Source: Ginglymostoma cirratum (lineage: Eukaryota). From it: a stretch of 51,137 nt of DNA. The stretch spans positions 496,001-547,137 of the forward strand of contig JAHRHZ010000282.1 in the NCBI GenBank assembly GCA_024137785.1, given 5' to 3'. Numbering within the stretch: the first letter of the stretch is position 1; every line of letters starts with the position of its first letter. Under the pieces are notes generated by a model that did no database searches, was not told the origin of the DNA, and saw only the letters and a list, made by a program, of their open reading frames with translations. The translations under genes were made by a program, and so were the position numbers. Shown here piece by piece: positions 46,998-51,137 of this stretch.

Positions 46998-48676
46998 TTA
47001 TTTGCACCCAGTGAGAGGTGTGAAAGGAGACAATAGCACCTTCTTCAGGTCGTCTCAGAGCTTGTTCTGGGACATTACATGAATGAAGACGTTGTCTCAG
47101 GAACGGAGCATTTTCAGCATGTTGGTCATCTTTTTGAGAACGAAATGTGGGTTATTCAAATCCAAACCACTGAAGCTGGCATCACCAGTAACCTGCACAT
47201 CGAGGTAGTGTCCGACGTATGTGATCCATTGCATGAGGAAGCCGAACACAATAATGAAGAGCAGTACAAGGTACCTCTTAGATTTGGCCGTCTCTGGGTC
47301 TCCGTGGCTCAATGTGCCCCAGGTCTCTACCTTCAGACCTTGCTGGCCGCCAGGAGGTATCTGACAGTCAACGTTTTGAACTGCAGAATAAGGAGGAAAG
47401 GAGAATAGGTCACAAATGTATTTCAGCCAGTCATACGACATGTGCCTCTGAAGACACAGAACCTGGATATCCCATTTACAATGGACAAGGTCTGGTAGAT
47501 GAAGTAGGAAGGCAGATTCTAGACGGATTTCAGGGCACAAGCCACTCCAATAAACAATGAGATAGTTTTCTTCATGCAGTATTTGGCCTTCAGACTCTGG
47601 CAGCAGATCACAACAAAACGGTCAATGGTAAAGGCCACAGTTCGCCAGGCATACTATCCAAGCTATCATGGATCATTACAGTGCTGAGTGCACAGACGGT
47701 GGTCCTACACAGGACATTATACCAGAACTTAATGCTGCAGAACCATTTGAGGATGCAGTCAGTGATGATGACACGAAAATTGCTGTGGAATATCCCTACC
47801 AAATAATTGGCGTGCACCGTGAGAATCCGCACCGTCTTCATAAAAGAATTACGATTACCAGTATGTTGGTTGTGAGAGATTGTGAAATATGACTGAACTG
47901 ACTTGTGTAACTACTGGATGTAATTTTAATGTACAATACAACCATAAAATCATCGTCTTCAATTGTCTTCAAAATTGTTATGAAATCTATGCATAAATTT
48001 CGAAAACAGTGATGGAGATTGTTCCATATAACAACAAAAACAGTACATTGTATTTTAAAGTGTTGCAATAGAACGTAATTTTGAGCAGTTTACCTAATTA
48101 ATGTTCAGGCAGAAGCATACAATACAATTCCTGTATTAATAATCTAATAAATAAGTGTTCTATAATTTCTCAGTATAATAGGTTGAATATAATCCTGCTA
48201 CATATTGCATATGGGTGTAATTCAGTATAACAATACATTTTACATTCAGGTAGTTCTGTTATAACACGTGTTTCATTAACACAGATTAACTGTAAAGTGA
48301 TTGATGAATAGTGGGCCCGGTTTGAATAACACATACATTCTGCTTTCCAGGTATAGAGATTTTCTATAGTGATCTCCCTACAACGCGATTTTCTATGGTG
48401 ATTTTCCATAGCGAATTTTTCTATAGCACGAGGTCACACAAGAACACAATTATCACGTTATAGGAGAACGACAAGAATTCATATGGGAACATCAGTTGAC
48501 TTTCCATCAGCTGGGAACATCAAAAAGTCAAGACTATCCTGATATGGAAAGGAAAAGACTTTGGTGTATTTAAAAACAACTATTGTTGGAGCCTGTGACT
48601 TACCAGGGACGCCAATAACAACAATTGTTGGATGATAAATGGCATAGAACGGGCCATTTTGCTTTTATAATTAAAT
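46998..48676 (-). pseudogene. GPR139-like GPCR pseudogene 3 (exon 1 ~48676-48604; exon 2 47869-46998)
   Basis: Exon 1 ..NGPFYAIYHPTIVVIGVP+G|gtaagt (ATG lost). Acceptor mutated to cacaa. ANILVIVILL*RRCGFSRC..VIITDCILK..VAFTIDRFVVICCQSLKAKYCMKKT..DPETAKSKRYLVLLF..NVFIHVMSQNKL. Confidence 0.9.
48247..48475. mobile_element. pogo/Tigger-like MITE
   Basis: Imperfect TIRs CAGGTAGTTCTGTTATAAC / GTTATAGGAGAACGACAAG and internal gattttctatag repeats. TA TSD not preserved. Confidence 0.55.
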
Positions 48677-49431
48677 CTCGGAACTCGTTGCCTCAACTAC
48701 GTAACACAATTAAAAAAAGTCTCTCATGTATTCCATGTCAGAGTCTCAAGAGGGTCGATTAGTTTCGAACATCTACTTTAGTTTCAGTTCAGTGAACAAA
48801 CAGAAAAGCTCACGGTTTCATGCTTTCTATTTGTAACGTCAAAAGATGCACAATTACATGCATTTTCTATGAGAACTTCTACCTACACATTCTGAAACCC
48901 ACTTCCACGTGTTTTGATTACTCCATCAAATGGAGTTCCTATCGCAAAATATGAGCTGAGGCCCCATGGCTAATTTTAAGGACATCTCAGTCCTTCTTTG
49001 CGATTATCCCAACTGTTTCGTCTTATTAGCTCTCAGATTACTGGAAGATTTTCGTTCTACAGTGGTGCCATCTTACCACTCGATTACGTTTAAAGCTATA
49101 CAATTTGAAATAAGGTTTAACCAATACTGGATGACATCTGTGGTTGGAGGCGTATATGCAAATCTTTTGGCAAGTCGGAATAGAATACTTGTTGCATTAA
49201 AGTTTTATAGTTCCTATCAAACATTTGTATTCCTCATAAATGTTCTTTCTATCAAGACAGAACATTAACAAAGCTAGAGCGTATCAAACAGCAACAAGAT
49301 AGGTTTGGCACTGAGAAAATATCTATTTACACTCTTCTATCACAAATTGCCATGCACAGCAAAGAAATGATACGAAATAAATCTTCTCAATTGTCCTTTT
49401 CCAAAGTCAATATGCACTAATTAAGGGGCCA

Positions 49432-49750
49432 ACAATGGCCTAATGATATTATCGCTGTTCCGTTAACCTAGTGACTCAGATAATGTTCTGGGGAGCCAGA
49501 TTCGAATCTAATTTGAATTTAATAAATATCTCGAATTAGGAGTCAAATTATGACCACGAATCCATTGCCTCTTTTCGGGCAAACCCATCTGGTTCACTAA
49601 TGTCATTTTCGGAAGGAAGTTGCCTTCCTAACCTGGTCTGACCAACATGTGAATCCAGACCCAGAGCAATGTGTTTGACTCTTAACCACCCAATGGGCAG
49701 TTGTTACTTCCAGACCATCGATGCCCAACATCCCATGAACGAATAAAGGG
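49432..49750 (+). mobile_element. tRNA-derived shark SINE
   Basis: Homologous to 10880-11165 (tattatcgct..gttctggggagccagattcgaatc..ccagacccagagcaatgtg). Confidence 0.75.
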
Positions 49751-50511
49751 AAAACAGGAATAGAATACGTCTTCACCTGCGTTGCCCGGCGAAAAGTATG
49801 AAATGGAACATAGGGAATGAAACAGTTACAGGATAAATTCCATCCACACTTCACCAGCAAGGATTTACAGAAAAAATACAGGTGGGGTAAAATACTGGAA
49901 ATTTTGGTTTAGCAAGATCTGATTACATGCGAAACTGTGAAAAAAAAACGCTCTGTTGTAACGAATTAGAAATATTTAAATTGCACATATTTCATGAATC
50001 TTAGTTACATATCGAAGGATTTTCTGAGCATTGTTTTCAATTCTGCAGTCTGCTGTCTTGTTGTCTCCTCAGACCTTAGATCGAGGAAGTTCTTGAAGAG
50101 GCTCTTAACCTCTTTTTTTCAGCATGTCTCACTGCACAGAAAAACAACGGAGCGACTGACTACCGATTTGTGTTAACAGTGAGCGTGATGGTGCCTTTCT
50201 CACAGTCTACAATTACTTTAAACCATCTTTCAATTCTTTCATCCCGGAATGTGGAGATGAGGAACTCTAGAGCTTGATTGGAGAGCTGTCTGTACAAAAA
50301 CACAAAGCCATTCGGGGTAATAGAAGAGTTGCATTGAAGATAAATGGTTTGTCCAACATTTCCATAATGAATAGAAAGCGGAAATGTTTCTGAGTTATAA
50401 GAAATAGCTGCAAAAAAAACGAACAGAAGTGAAAAAATTCAACATAATGGTTTCTTTAATGCGAATTAAATAAAATTAAATAACGTGTCTTTGAATCCAG
50501 GTTGAAGTTAA

Positions 50512-50749
50512 CATATCTATTTATCTATAGTTCTATCTATCTATCAATCTATCGAATTATCTATCTATCTGTCTATCTATCTATCTATCTATCTGTCTAT
50601 CTATCTATCTATCAATCTATCGAATTATCTATCTATCTATCGAATTATCTATCTATCTTTCGAATTATCTATCTATCTATCTATCTATATATATATATCT
50701 ATCTGTCTGTCTGTCTGTCTACCTGTCCGTCTATCTATCTATCGGTCTA

Positions 50750-50780
<31 letters not shown>

Positions 50781-50787
50781 GTCTATT
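50512..50787. repeat. (TATC)n/(TGTC)n compound microsatellite with cgaattat interruptions
   Basis: Direct reading; it accounts for spurious ORF 50502-50831. Confidence 0.95.
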
Positions 50788-51137
50788 TAAATCGTCATTT
50801 TTTTGTGTATCTCTCTGTCGTGGACATATGAAAGACAAAGCCGTACTTTCCTCCTTCAGTTAACTTTAAATGTAAAACAATAGAACAGAGAACATCAATT
50901 GAATATCCTTCCCACGCTTTGTCTGAAGTGATAGTTAATTTGATTTTATAGCTTCATGCTGGTGGAAATTTCGGGAACAGGAAGCAAGATTTTGGAATAT
51001 CTCTATCATTTGCAACACTTATCCTATGGAAAAAAGTTAAAAGCGCCAACAGAGATGTGGCACTGCCAATTATGGTGTAATGGGATTCACACCTTTTCTG
51101 TCTGAGTCTGCTTCGCTCAGTAACATATTTCAGAATC

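Noticed and set aside
40187-48676. RSS-flanked (rearranging) GPCR segments
   Set aside because: I saw no heptamer-spacer-nonamer next to the GPCR exon ends I inspected; they are ordinary spliced genes.
50502-50831. 109-aa ORF rich in YLSI
   Set aside because: Translation of a (TATC)n microsatellite.

Overview
AT-rich vertebrate DNA, inferred from the repeat complement and V/GPCR families to be cartilaginous fish, probably a carpet-shark type. The window looks like part of a T-cell receptor alpha/delta-type V array. It holds one open leader+V gene with a near-consensus 23-RSS (24569-25126, minus), and that V is non-canonical: it lacks both Cys23 and Trp41. It also holds four clear V pseudogenes and about ten badly decayed V relics on both strands. 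Interleaved with the V segments are five two-exon GPR139/GPR142-like class-A GPCR pseudogenes, whose recognisable first exons are ~73 nt (MHG...YP..xxxG[VI]P). The rest is transposon debris: CR1 and other LINE fragments, tRNA SINEs, two inverted solo LTRs with 4-bp TSDs, a Gmr1-type Gypsy (integrase before RT), Penelope elements including a 3.3-kb fold-back palindrome, many mini-elements carrying minimal hammerhead ribozymes, and a pogo-like MITE. No D, J or C segments, rRNA, tRNA or CRISPR were found. All calls come from reading the sequence by eye; no database searches were run.
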